Positions 9,667-19,489 of a stretch of 32,345 nt of DNA are shown in pieces. The DNA comes from Candidatus Firestoneibacteriota bacterium (GTDB lineage Bacteria > Oederibacteriota > D2-FULL-39-29 > JBDRBU01), in assembly GCA_043822305.1 (NCBI GenBank), contig JBDRBU010000077.1, positions 1-32,345 on the forward strand, in the 5' to 3' direction. The number at the start of each line of letters is the position of its first letter. The first letter of the stretch is position 1. The notes under the pieces are model-generated. The model ran no database searches and was not told the origin of the DNA. It saw nothing but the letters and a program-made list of their open reading frames with translations. The position numbers were made by a program, and so were the translations under genes.

Positions 9667-10748
9667 ATAATTTCCCTTATGGCATCTAATATTTCTTTTC
9701 TTGTATCCACTTTGCTTATTTTTTTAAAATTCTCTTTGAAATTTTCAAGTATATCTTCGTTCTTTATTAATTTTATTACCAAGACTTTCAGATTTTCAGA
9801 ACTTATTTCTTTTTCATTTAGAAGTATAGCACAATTATTTTTAACTAAAATTTCTGCATTATAAAATTGATGATTAGAAGAAGCCGCTGGATATGGTATA
9901 ACTATTGCCGGTAAATTACATTTGATTATCTCGGCAATAGTACATGCACCCGCTCTACATATTATTAAATCAGTAACAGCATATACTTCCTCAATGTTTT
10001 TAAAAAAGGGCATGATTAAAATCTTTATATTTAAATCTTTTACCATGTTTTTACAATGTTCATAATCTTTCAAGCCTGTCATCCAAACAATTTGTATACT
10101 TTCGTTTTTCAATAATTTTACAAAATTCAAAAATACGATGTTTAAATTATGAGCCCCTTGACTTCCTCCTATTAAAGTTACCGTCCTTTTAGAATGTTCC
10201 AGTCCTAACTTATCAACACATTCTTTTCTGTTTAAAGTTCCTATACTTTCTCTAACTGGATTACCTGTCCAAATTACCTTTGCTTTCGGAAAAAATCGGA
10301 CAGCAGTAGAATCACCTATAAATATTTTTTTGGCTAATCTAGATAAAATTTTATTGGCTAAACCAGCTACTGCATTTTGCTCATGCAAAATAATTGGATA
10401 ATGTAGAAACCATCCAGAAACAACCACTGGCACACAAACATAACCCCCTAAACCAATTATTAAATCTGGTTTAAAAGTTTTAATTACTTTCATTGATTGA
10501 AATGTCCCCTTTAATAATTTAAAAAAATTTAATAAATTTTTTAATGATATCTTTCTTAACAACTTGCCACTTTCCACTCCAACAAAATTAAACTTTTCCC
10601 TTAAAATTATACTTTCTTCCATTCCATCTTTTGTTCCAACATATAAAATCTCTATATCCTTCGTTTCTTTTTTTAACATATGTCCTATGGCGATACCCGG
10701 ATAAATATGACCTCCTGTTCCGCCACAACTAATAATAACTTTTTTCAT
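9663..10748 (-). CDS. murG: Lipid II GlcNAc transferase MurG
   Basis: GGTGGHIYP, GGY, HEQN, GNPVR, GGSQGA, HQFYNA. Confidence 0.98.
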   Translation of the reverse strand: MKKVIISCGGTGGHIYPGIAIGHMLKKETKDIEILYVGTKDGMEESIILREKFNFVGVESGKLLRKISLKNLLNFFKLLKGTFQSMKVIKTFKPDLIIGLGGYVCVPVVVSGWFLHYPIILHEQNAVAGLANKILSRLAKKIFIGDSTAVRFFPKAKVIWTGNPVRESIGTLNRKECVDKLGLEHSKRTVTLIGGSQGAHNLNIVFLNFVKLLKNESIQIVWMTGLKDYEHCKNMVKDLNIKILIMPFFKNIEEVYAVTDLIICRAGACTIAEIIKCNLPAIVIPYPAASSNHQFYNAEILVKNNCAILLNEKEISSENLKVLVIKLIKNEDILENFKENFKKISKVDTRKEILDAIREII

Positions 10749-11859
10749 TTTTAATTTTCGAAATATTTAGTAAAATTCCTATGGCGATCATATTCATTAT
10801 TAATGAAGAACCGCCATAACTTATAAAAGGCAAAGTCATCCCTTTAGTTGGAAGTAATCCAGTGACAACACTCATATTCATAAATGCTTGTAATCCAATA
10901 TAAGAAGTAATTCCGGTAGCTAAAAGTTTTCCAAAAACTTCATTTGTATTTAAGGCTAAATTAATCCCTTTCCATATTATTAAACCGAATAAAATCAAAA
11001 TACATGTTACTCCTATTAGACCAAGTTCTTCAGCAATAATAGCAAAAATAAAATCAGTATGTGCTTCTGGTAAATAAAATAATTTTTGTGTTCCCTGACC
11101 AAGTCCTTTACCCATAAAACCTCCTGAACCAAAAGCAATAAAAGATTGAACTATTTGAAATCCAACACCCCTGGGATCCTTCCAAGGATCTAAAAATGCC
11201 ATTATTCTCTTTAATCTATACCCGGCACTAACTATCATAATAAATGCGACGGGCAAAGAAGATAAGAAAAATAAAAAAATATGACCTAACTTTACTCCCC
11301 CTACAAAAAGCATGATAATTCCCAATATTCCTATTAAAAAGATCGAACCTAAATCAGGTTGTATTATAAGTATTCCAAAAATAATTCCCATAATAACAAG
11401 ATATGGTAAAAAACCTTTTATAAAGCTTTTCATATATTCATGTTTACGAAAGATTGCTTCCGCGATGTAAATTATAAATGCTAATTTTACAAATTCACTC
11501 GGTTCAAAATTAAATCCAAAAATCTGTATCCATCTTCTTGCTCCCCCTCCTGCTTTTCCAATGTGTGGCACAAAAACAAGACACAAAATCACTATAGATA
11601 TTAAAAACAAAGGTCTGGCTATATCTTTAAACTTTTCATAGTTAAAGTTTTTAAAAAAAATTAACCCTAAACTCCCAAGTAGTATCCAAAAAATTTGTTT
11701 TCTTAAAAAATAAAAAGAATTTCCAAACTTATCATATGCGTAAATAGCACTTGAACTAAAAACCATAACAACACCAACAAACAAAAGCACTATGACTATT
11801 GTGATAAGTAAACCCCGCACCTCCTGGTACGTGGGTAAACCTTCTATTCTTGTCTTCAA
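10729..11859 (-). CDS. ftsW: SEDS peptidoglycan polymerase FtsW, with a 9-aa repeat-derived N-terminal insert
   Basis: GARRWI, EPSEFVK, QPDLGS, LPEAHTDFIF, PFISYGGSS; TTG start with SD AAGGAG. Confidence 0.97.
   Translation of the reverse strand: MKTRIEGLPTYQEVRGLLITIVIVLLFVGVVMVFSSSAIYAYDKFGNSFYFLRKQIFWILLGSLGLIFFKNFNYEKFKDIARPLFLISIVILCLVFVPHIGKAGGGARRWIQIFGFNFEPSEFVKLAFIIYIAEAIFRKHEYMKSFIKGFLPYLVIMGIIFGILIIQPDLGSIFLIGILGIIMLFVGGVKLGHIFLFFLSSLPVAFIMIVSAGYRLKRIMAFLDPWKDPRGVGFQIVQSFIAFGSGGFMGKGLGQGTQKLFYLPEAHTDFIFAIIAEELGLIGVTCILILFGLIIWKGINLALNTNEVFGKLLATGITSYIGLQAFMNMSVVTGLLPTKGMTLPFISYGGSSLIMNMIAIGILLNISKIKNEKSYY
11808..11840 (+). repeat. GTAAACCCCG palindromic element, 27-bp unit, in frame in ftsW
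   Basis: gtaaaccccgcacctcctggtacgtgggtaaac; GTAAACC at both 11808 and 11835. Confidence 0.85.
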
Positions 11860-11875
11860 TTTTTATTTACTCCTT

Positions 11876-11905
11876 TAGGAGTCGGGGTCGTCCCTAACCC
11901 CGACA
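11876..11905. repeat. GC-rich hairpin GTCGGGGT/ACCCCGAC in the murD-ftsW spacer
   Basis: 8-bp perfect stem (11881-11888 with 11897-11904), 8-nt loop; single copy in the window. Confidence 0.5.
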
Positions 11906-11909
11906 TACA

Positions 11910-11985
11910 CACGCAGGCTCGCACCCGCTTCGCGGTGCATTCCTAATTATTTATTTACATTAATGAAAATCAAGTCTGCGACTAC
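11910..11985 (-). repeat. GTAG REP-like element with a ~52-bp insertion in its loop; GTAG contains the murD stop
   Basis: Arms cacgcaggct and aagtctgcgactac match the intact copy at 3066-3090. Confidence 0.75.
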
Positions 11986-13367
11986 ATTTCACTTTCCTCT
12001 TTAATTTTTTTAACAGTCTCTTTAAAAACTTTCCCTCTTTCTTCGTAATTTTTAAACATATCAAAACTTGCACAACCAGGTGAAAGTAAAATTATATCAT
12101 TAGGAACAGATACTTTATATGCTTCTCTTACTGCTTCTTCCAAATTTATTGATTCAATGATATCAACATATCCTTCTAATGCATTTTTTATCTCTTTTTT
12201 TGCTTCGCCTATTAAAATAAGTTTCTTAACCTTTTTTTTCACAATATCTCTTAATTCTTCAAAATTACCTTTTTTATTTCTTCCACCAGCAATCAGCACA
12301 ATAGGTTCATCATAACTAAGTAAAGATTTTTCCACAGCAAAAATATTTGTACCTTGAGAATTATTGATAAATTTAACCCCATTGATCTCTGCTACAAATT
12401 CTTGTCTATGCTCAACTCCTTGAAATTTTTTTATAACATCAGACATTACTTTGATTTCAACATCATGAATATATCCTATTAAAGAAGCAACCATTATGTT
12501 TTCTAAATTATGCAAGCCCTTTATGATTACTTCTTCTTTATTGCAAACTGAAACCTCTTCATTACCAACCCTTATTTTTATCACACCATCATTATCCAGA
12601 TAAACCCCTTCTTCAACTTTAGAAGTACTGCTGAATAAATAAATTTTTGACCTTGCCATTCCAGAAAACAGCGGGGTAAATCTATCATTTGCATTAAGTA
12701 TTAAAATATCCTTCTTTTCCTGATTTTTAAATATCATTGACTTAGCTTCAACATATTCTTGAATATTCTTATATCTGTTCATATGATCAGATGAAACATT
12801 TAAAATAACTGCAATATCTGGTTTAAAATCTTTAATGGTTTCAAGTTGAAAACTACTTAGTTCAACAACATATATTACATTTTCTTCATTATTTCCATTT
12901 GCAACTAAGGATGTTAATGGCTTTCCTATATTGCCTCCTGTTTTTACTTTTCTGCATGCGCAACCTTCTTTTAAAATATCACTTAAAAGTGTAACAGTTG
13001 TAGTTTTCCCCTTTGTCCCTGTAATTCCAACAACCTGCCCTTTCAGAAAACGATAAGCAAGCTCAACTTCACTAATTACATCAATATTTTTCTCTATTAA
13101 TTTACTTAAAGGAATTACATCTGATGGAACTCCCGGAGAAATAATTATTTTATCTGCATTAAGTAATATTTCTTCTGTATGCCCACCTAAATCAAACTTA
13201 AAATCTTCTTTATTTTCTAACATATTCATATACTCTGTTAATTCGTTTTCTTTCCTTAAATCACTTATGGTGATATGTGCACCTAATTTTTTTAATAACT
13301 TAGCCGCAGATACTCCACTCTTACCTAAGCCTAAAATTACTATCCTTTTATCTTTAAAATCTTCCAT
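11982..13367 (-). CDS. murD: UDP-MurNAc-L-Ala--D-Glu ligase
   Basis: GLGKSG, SPGVP, GTKGKTTT, GGNIG, ELSSFQL, LSPGCASFD. Confidence 0.98.
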   Translation of the reverse strand: MEDFKDKRIVILGLGKSGVSAAKLLKKLGAHITISDLRKENELTEYMNMLENKEDFKFDLGGHTEEILLNADKIIISPGVPSDVIPLSKLIEKNIDVISEVELAYRFLKGQVVGITGTKGKTTTVTLLSDILKEGCACRKVKTGGNIGKPLTSLVANGNNEENVIYVVELSSFQLETIKDFKPDIAVILNVSSDHMNRYKNIQEYVEAKSMIFKNQEKKDILILNANDRFTPLFSGMARSKIYLFSSTSKVEEGVYLDNDGVIKIRVGNEEVSVCNKEEVIIKGLHNLENIMVASLIGYIHDVEIKVMSDVIKKFQGVEHRQEFVAEINGVKFINNSQGTNIFAVEKSLLSYDEPIVLIAGGRNKKGNFEELRDIVKKKVKKLILIGEAKKEIKNALEGYVDIIESINLEEAVREAYKVSVPNDIILLSPGCASFDMFKNYEERGKVFKETVKKIKEESEM

Positions 13368-13381
13368 TTTTTTTCCTTTCT

Positions 13382-13407
13382 TGAACGGTTTAAAGACCGT
13401 TCACTAC
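13382..13407 (-). repeat. GTAG-footed REP-like hairpin, different stem sequence
   Basis: Minus strand GTAG-TGAACGGT-CTTTAA-ACCGTTCA, 5 nt after the mraY stop. Confidence 0.65.
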
Positions 13408-13412
13408 CAATA

Positions 13413-14495
13413 TTATCTTAATTTAAGTAAACTTAAACTTGCTAAAGAAATTATAATGACAATTATCCAGAATCTAACTACTATTTTTGTTTCCGGTATT
13501 CCATTTAATTCAAAATGATGGTGTAGTGGCGCCATTTTGAATATTCTCTTTCCAAAAAATCTAAAAGAAATGATTTGAAGTAATACTGAAACTGCCTCTA
13601 CAACAAATATTCCACCAATTAGAATTAGAAGTAACTCTTGTTTAATTAGAACTGCCACTAATCCTAATACTGCTCCTAAACTTAAGGATCCAACATCACC
13701 CATAAAAACAGAAGCAGGATGACAGTTAAACCATAAAAATCCTATACTTGCCCCAACCATAGAAGTACAAAATATAACCAACTCACCACTCTCCGGAATA
13801 TGTATGATTCTTAAATATTCACTAAACTTACTATGACCAACAAGGTAAGTTACAACTGTTAACGACAGTGTCGTAAAAATTAACGATCCTATAGCCAGAC
13901 CATCAAGTCCGTCTGTTAAATTCACTGCATTTGAAGAACCTACAATAACTATTCCAATAAATACAAAGTAAAAAAGTCCTAAATCGAGAGGGAATTTTAC
14001 TAATGGAATTTTTATATGGGTTTCATAATCTAAACTCACTGGATTATATGCTAAATAAATACATACAATTAATACACCAACTATCTGACATAGGAGTTTA
14101 TATCTTATAGGTATCCCTTTTGAAGTCTTTTGAATAAGTTTAAGATAGTCATCTATAAAACCTAATAATGCAAACCATAAAAATACGAACATTGTTAAAA
14201 TTATAAACCTATTCTCTATTTTTGCCCAAAGGAGTGTAGAAAGAATAACTGCAAACACTATCATTATCCCACCCATCGTAGGAGTGCCTGATTTAAGTTT
14301 ATGAGTTGATGGCCCATCATCTCTTATTGGCTGGTGGACATTCAGTTCCTTTAACTTTTTAATTACCTTATTTCCTATTAAAAAACATATTAGGATAGCA
14401 GTTAAGGCAGCATAAATAGCCCTAAAAGTAGAATATTTAAATACATAAAAAGCACCAAAATACTCATGTAAAGGATAAAGCAAATAATAAAGCAA
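13413..14495 (-). CDS. mraY: Phospho-MurNAc-pentapeptide transferase
   Basis: GTPTMGG, GFIDDY, NAVNLTDGLDGL, FMGDVGS, APLHHHFE; TTG start with SD AGGAGG. Confidence 0.99.
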   Translation of the reverse strand: MLYYLLYPLHEYFGAFYVFKYSTFRAIYAALTAILICFLIGNKVIKKLKELNVHQPIRDDGPSTHKLKSGTPTMGGIMIVFAVILSTLLWAKIENRFIILTMFVFLWFALLGFIDDYLKLIQKTSKGIPIRYKLLCQIVGVLIVCIYLAYNPVSLDYETHIKIPLVKFPLDLGLFYFVFIGIVIVGSSNAVNLTDGLDGLAIGSLIFTTLSLTVVTYLVGHSKFSEYLRIIHIPESGELVIFCTSMVGASIGFLWFNCHPASVFMGDVGSLSLGAVLGLVAVLIKQELLLILIGGIFVVEAVSVLLQIISFRFFGKRIFKMAPLHHHFELNGIPETKIVVRFWIIVIIISLASLSLLKLR

Positions 14496-14498
14496 GGA

Positions 14499-15929
14499 TT
14501 ACCTCCTCAAAATATTTTTCAACTTCAATACAATTTCTTCCATTTTCATCATTCTTGAGCCTTTTATTAAAACTACATCATCTTTTTTCAAAAAATTCCT
14601 TAACAGATTCACTACTTCATCTTTATTGTCAAAATGAAACATATTTTTTTTGTTCATCCCTTTCATCATTGCCCCTTTATTTACATTCTCACTTAATTCA
14701 CCCAATGTAATTAAAATATCTATATCACCATCCTTTATTAATGCACCTATTTCTTTATGAAAGTTTGCCTCTTTATGGCCTAACTCGGCCATATCTCCCA
14801 GAACTATTATTTTTCTTTGGCTATGCATATTCTTAAGTACTTTTATTGCTTCTCTTACAGAATCCGGATTTGCATTATATGTATCATCTATAATAAGGAC
14901 TTTCTTCATTTTAAACATCTCAAGCCTATGCGGTGAACTTATTTTAAAATCTTCCAATGCTTTTTTTATTATATTAATATTCATACCTAACGAAAAACTG
15001 GCTGACACGGCCGCCAGCGCATTATAAATATTATGCATTCCCAGAAGATGAAGATTAATAGTCTTCTTACTATTTAATATTCTTAAAGTAAACCCCGTAC
15101 CCTCTAGTGGTGCGTGGGTAAACCCCGCACCCTTTGGTCTGTTGGCAAAAATGCGACTAGCCCTTACATCCGCTTTATTTTTTATTCCATATGTTAAAAT
15201 TTTCTTATTTTTAACACTGGGTAAAGCCAATCTTAAATATTTATCATCAACATTAATAATTGCTGTCCCCTTTTCTTTTATTCCTCTGACTAAATCCATT
15301 TTTTCTTTAAAAACATTTTTCTCATTTCTAAAAAACTCTAAATGTGTTCTGCCTATATTAGTTATAATACCTATATCCGGTCTGGCTATCTCAAGCAATT
15401 CTTTTATCTCCCCTTTTAAGTTTGTTCCATACTCCAAGACAAGTAAGTTATATGAATAATCTAATTCAAGTATTGTCAAAGAAATACCTATAGAATTATT
15501 AAAACTTCCCTTTGCTTTCAAAACTTTATTTTCTTTACTTAAAATATGGGCTATTATGTCTTTTGTCGTAGTTTTACCATTACTACCAGTTACGCCTATT
15601 ATTTTTAAATCTTTAAATTTGGACAAATAATATTTTGATATACTTTTTAATGATTGTAGTGTGTTATGAACTTTAATAATTATTTTTGATTTTAATTCTT
15701 TAATGTTTTCTATTTCTTTTGAAATGATAATCCCTTTTGCACCTAACTTATCTACTTCCTTAATAAAATTATGTCCATCAAAATTCTTACCTTTTAATGC
15801 AATAAATAAATCATTTCTTTTCAAAGAACGACTATCAGTTGAAATCGAATCAAACCCATCTTCTTTATTGCCTTTTAAAAGGCTACCATGACAACACTTT
15901 AAAATCTCACCTACAAAGATTCTTTCCAT
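14499..15929 (-). CDS. murF: UDP-MurNAc-tripeptide--D-Ala-D-Ala ligase, with a repeat-derived insert
   Basis: STDSR, GSNGKTTTK, SFNNSIG, DDTYNANP, LGDMAELG, KGSR. Confidence 0.97.
   Translation of the reverse strand: MERIFVGEILKCCHGSLLKGNKEDGFDSISTDSRSLKRNDLFIALKGKNFDGHNFIKEVDKLGAKGIIISKEIENIKELKSKIIIKVHNTLQSLKSISKYYLSKFKDLKIIGVTGSNGKTTTKDIIAHILSKENKVLKAKGSFNNSIGISLTILELDYSYNLLVLEYGTNLKGEIKELLEIARPDIGIITNIGRTHLEFFRNEKNVFKEKMDLVRGIKEKGTAIINVDDKYLRLALPSVKNKKILTYGIKNKADVRASRIFANRPKGAGFTHAPLEGTGFTLRILNSKKTINLHLLGMHNIYNALAAVSASFSLGMNINIIKKALEDFKISSPHRLEMFKMKKVLIIDDTYNANPDSVREAIKVLKNMHSQRKIIVLGDMAELGHKEANFHKEIGALIKDGDIDILITLGELSENVNKGAMMKGMNKKNMFHFDNKDEVVNLLRNFLKKDDVVLIKGSRMMKMEEIVLKLKNILRR
15088..15154 (+). 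repeat. GTAAACCCCG element (30-bp unit) followed by a degenerate second copy, in frame in murF
   Basis: gtaaaccccgtaccctctagtggtgcgtgg then gtaaaccccgcacc...; GTAAACCCCG at 15088 and 15118. Confidence 0.85.
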
Positions 15930-17398
15930 ATGTCTTTTGATTTTAAGATCTCAGTAACAATTTCTTTATCATTAAAATGTATAATATTACTTCCAATAAT
16001 TTGATAATCTTCATGCCCTTTTCCGGCAATAACAACAACCTCGTCTTTTTGTGATAGATTTATTGCTTTTAAGATAGCTTCTTTTCTATCTTTTATTTCT
16101 TCGAAATTTTCTCCCACAATGCCTGATTTTATTTCTTTCATTATATCGGTAGGTTCTTCTGTCCTTGGATTATCAGATGTTAATATAACATAGTTTGCTA
16201 ATTTACTGGCAATACTTCCCATGATAGGCCTTTTACTTTTATCTCTATCTCCTCCACATCCAAAAACACAAATTATTTTTTTAGGGGTTAATTCTTTGAC
16301 TGAATTTAATAATTTTTCTAAAGCATCAGGAGTATGGGCATAGTCTATAATTATAGAAAAACCTGTCTTTGTACTTGTCCAATCAAATCGTCCTGGAACA
16401 TTTGAAACTTCCTCTAAACCAAGTTTTATTATTTCATTATCAATATTAAGCGCAAATCCAACTGAAGCAGAGGCAAGAGCATTATATACATTATATCTTC
16501 CTTTTAGCTTTAAATTCACAGGAAAACTTTTATCTTGATAAGTTATAATAAAACGTAGTCCATTTATCGAAGAATTTATATCCATAGCCCTAACTACCGC
16601 ATCTTTGGTTAAGCCATATGTGATAATATTCGCCTTGGTGTTTTCTAAGAAGTATTTAGAATAACTATCATCTAGGTTAATAACCGCACACCTGTTTATC
16701 TTTTTTGTTCGAATCTTATCCAAATTTGAAAATAATTTTAATTTATTTTTAATATAATCATCAAAAGTCTTGTGAAAATCCGAATGGTCTAAAGTTACAT
16801 TTGTAAACACAGCCATATCAAATTCACAGTAACTTACCCTGTGTAAAGCAAGAGCGTGTGAAGATACTTCCATCACACAGGAATCTGTTTTGTTTTTTAC
16901 CATTTTATTCAACATATCTTGTAAATCTAATGATTCTGGGGTGGTATTTTTTGCCTTAAAACTTTCTCCATTTATATCGTAACTGATTGTACCTATTAAC
17001 CCTACTTTTTCGCTATGCTTGTTTAAAATTGACCTTATTAAGTAAGATGTTGTTGTTTTGCCATTTGTACCAGTAATGCCTATTAATTTAAGTTTACTTG
17101 AAGGATGATTATAAAATTCATTTGATATATTAGCCAAAGCATCTCTTGAATCTTTAACATAAATTATGGTTATCCCTTCATCAAGATTTATTTCTTTTTC
17201 GGCTATAATCGCGGTTGCCCCTTTCTTTACAGCATTAGATGCATAATTATGGCCATCTACTTTAAAGCCAGGAATACAAACAAATAATGAATTTTCTTTT
17301 ACATCTCTAGAATCATATGATATACTCCTTATCATTTTATTTAAAGTTCCTCTAACCTTTATATAATTTAAATTATTAATAACTTCTGACAACATCAT
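15911..17398 (-). CDS. murE: UDP-MurNAc-dipeptide--meso-DAP ligase
   Basis: GTNGKTT, TTPES, MEVSSH, DYAHTPD, GCGGDRD; DNPR motif typical of meso-DAP specificity. Confidence 0.98.
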   Translation of the reverse strand: MMLSEVINNLNYIKVRGTLNKMIRSISYDSRDVKENSLFVCIPGFKVDGHNYASNAVKKGATAIIAEKEINLDEGITIIYVKDSRDALANISNEFYNHPSSKLKLIGITGTNGKTTTSYLIRSILNKHSEKVGLIGTISYDINGESFKAKNTTPESLDLQDMLNKMVKNKTDSCVMEVSSHALALHRVSYCEFDMAVFTNVTLDHSDFHKTFDDYIKNKLKLFSNLDKIRTKKINRCAVINLDDSYSKYFLENTKANIITYGLTKDAVVRAMDINSSINGLRFIITYQDKSFPVNLKLKGRYNVYNALASASVGFALNIDNEIIKLGLEEVSNVPGRFDWTSTKTGFSIIIDYAHTPDALEKLLNSVKELTPKKIICVFGCGGDRDKSKRPIMGSIASKLANYVILTSDNPRTEEPTDIMKEIKSGIVGENFEEIKDRKEAILKAINLSQKDEVVVIAGKGHEDYQIIGSNIIHFNDKEIVTEILKSKDIWKESL

Positions 17399-19073
17399 AG
17401 TTTTCTTTCTCCAAATATCTTAAAACTCTTTCACCTATTCTACTAAAAGCAGGGGCAGCCACACTTCCACCCCAATACACTTTATTTGGTTCATCTATAG
17501 AAATAAAAATTACTATTTTAGGGACATCGGCTGGAACAAATCCTCCGAAAGAAGCAACAAATTTATTAGTTGAATACTTTTTTGTTTTAGGATCGATTTT
17601 TTGTGCCGTACCCGTTTTTCCAGCAGCACTGTAACCAGGAATTTTTGCTTCTTTACCCGTACCATTTTCTACGGCGCCTTTTAAAATTTTCATCACCCTT
17701 TTGGCTATATCTTCACTTATAACTTGTCTTATTTCTTTTGGTTTGAACTCTTTTATTAAGTTATTTTGTCTATCTTTTATATATCTAACAATTAAAGGTT
17801 GCATTAACTTGCCTTTATTAGCCATGACACTAATTGCAGATACTAACTGTATTGGGGTTACACCAACTTCTTGACCTATAGAAATTGAGCACACAGATAT
17901 TTTTGACCATTTTTTAGGTTCTCTTAGTATTCCTCTTACCTCACCAACCAATTGTATGCCCGTTTTTTCTCCAAATCCAAACAATTTAGCATAATCATAC
18001 AATTTACTATTGCCTAATCTCATGCCTATCTTTGCTGTCCCAATATTGCTGGAATTTCCTATTACTTGTTCGAACTTGAGCATTTTATATTTTATATGAT
18101 CATTTATTTTATGATTGTAAATTTTCCATTCCCCATTTTCACAATTTATCATTTCATCTTCAGTGGTTATCGCTTCAGAGAGTGCTCCGGCTAAAGTTAC
18201 AATTTTAAAAACAGAACCAGGTTCAAAAAGCAAAGATATCGCCCTATTCTTCAAATACTGTTGTGGAAAATTATAAAAATTATTAGGATTAAAACTAGGT
18301 TGGTTGGCTAAAGCAAGTATCTCGCCACTATCTGGCTTCATAACAATTATTGTTGCTTCTTTTGGACTAAACTCATTGTTTACTCTTCTAAGTTCCTCTT
18401 CCACTATAGACTGTATCGCTTCATCTATGGTTAAATATACATCGTATCCATTATTAGAAGGTAAATATGTAGAATTACTAGAAATTATTTCTCGACCCTT
18501 AGCGTCTTTTACAACATTTAAGTAACCTTTTTTACCACATAAAAACTTATCTAAATAGTATTCTATCCCTTCCAATCCTTTGCCATCAATATCAACAAAT
18601 CCTAAGATATGTGCACACATCTCATCTTTTGGATAAAACCTTTTACTCTCACTAATTATATTTATACCTTTTAATTTCAACATTTTTATTTTTTTACCCT
18701 TTTCAAAAGATACTTTTCTGTCAATCCAAACAAAGGATTTGCCACAATTAAATTTTTTCAATAAGTCATCTTTACTTATTTTGAGTATATTGGATAGTTC
18801 CTTAGCCGTCTTAATCTTATTATTGATTTGATAAGTAATGGCATACACAGAAGGCACATCAACACTTATGGCTAATTCTCTTCCCTTGCGGTCATAAATA
18901 AATCCTCTTTCAGGAGTAATTTCTTCCGAGTCTAAATGTTGTTTGTTGGCCAAATTGTCAAGACTTTCATATGAAATAATTTGCAAATACAAGAATCGCA
19001 AAAATATGATTATTCCAAATATCACAAACAACCGGCTTAAAAACAATATTCTTGAATTCATTTTATTTTCCAT
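17376..19073 (-). CDS. ftsI: Class B penicillin-binding protein (FtsI/PBP3)
   Basis: RGFIYDR, GLEGIE, EPGSVFK (SxxK), SSN, KTGTAQ; ends without PASTA domains. Confidence 0.95.
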   Translation of the reverse strand: MENKMNSRILFLSRLFVIFGIIIFLRFLYLQIISYESLDNLANKQHLDSEEITPERGFIYDRKGRELAISVDVPSVYAITYQINNKIKTAKELSNILKISKDDLLKKFNCGKSFVWIDRKVSFEKGKKIKMLKLKGINIISESKRFYPKDEMCAHILGFVDIDGKGLEGIEYYLDKFLCGKKGYLNVVKDAKGREIISSNSTYLPSNNGYDVYLTIDEAIQSIVEEELRRVNNEFSPKEATIIVMKPDSGEILALANQPSFNPNNFYNFPQQYLKNRAISLLFEPGSVFKIVTLAGALSEAITTEDEMINCENGEWKIYNHKINDHIKYKMLKFEQVIGNSSNIGTAKIGMRLGNSKLYDYAKLFGFGEKTGIQLVGEVRGILREPKKWSKISVCSISIGQEVGVTPIQLVSAISVMANKGKLMQPLIVRYIKDRQNNLIKEFKPKEIRQVISEDIAKRVMKILKGAVENGTGKEAKIPGYSAAGKTGTAQKIDPKTKKYSTNKFVASFGGFVPADVPKIVIFISIDEPNKVYWGGSVAAPAFSRIGERVLRYLEKENYDVVRSY

Positions 19074-19082
19074 ATTTTCAGA

Positions 19083-19406
19083 CTACAACAATCTTAAAAT
19101 CGAACTTATTATCTTTTTAAAAATACATTTTACTTTATCCCAAAAACTTATCTCTTCTTTGTCTTCAAATAAAGTTATAGTTTCAAACTTATCAGGGGTT
19201 ACTAATCCTAATTCTTCCCTGGCTACTGTCTCTATTCTTTCTAAAGATTTTAATTTTGCTATTTCTATTCTTAAAATTTTATTCTCATTTGTAAGTTCTA
19301 TTTTTTTAAATTTAAGTTTATTAATTTCGTACCCTGTCTTTATACATTCCACATTTAAACCTATATAAAGTAAGGCTGATATTAATAATACAACTATTGT
19401 TTTCAT
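19083..19406 (-). CDS. ftsL: Cell division protein FtsL
   Basis: TM segment, coiled coil, SLERIETVAREELGL; between rsmH and ftsI. Confidence 0.85.
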   Translation of the reverse strand: MKTIVVLLISALLYIGLNVECIKTGYEINKLKFKKIELTNENKILRIEIAKLKSLERIETVAREELGLVTPDKFETITLFEDKEEISFWDKVKCIFKKIISSILRLL

Positions 19407-19434
19407 AGTAAGTATTCAGTAAACGCCCTCTAAT

Positions 19435-19484
19435 TTTTAATTCCCCCTTTTAATTCCCCCTTAATAAAGGGGGTTAGGGGGTTG
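19435..19484. repeat. CCCCCTT-AAT-AAAGGGGG type palindrome with a local tandem duplication
   Basis: ttttaattccccctt occurs twice, then cccccttaataaagggggttagggggttg, in the rsmH-ftsL spacer. Confidence 0.55.
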
Positions 19485-19489
19485 TTCTT

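Noticed and set aside
12674..12681. CGGGGTAAA-like match inside murD
   Set aside because: Matches the element end but has no partner arm and no evident indel; probably chance.
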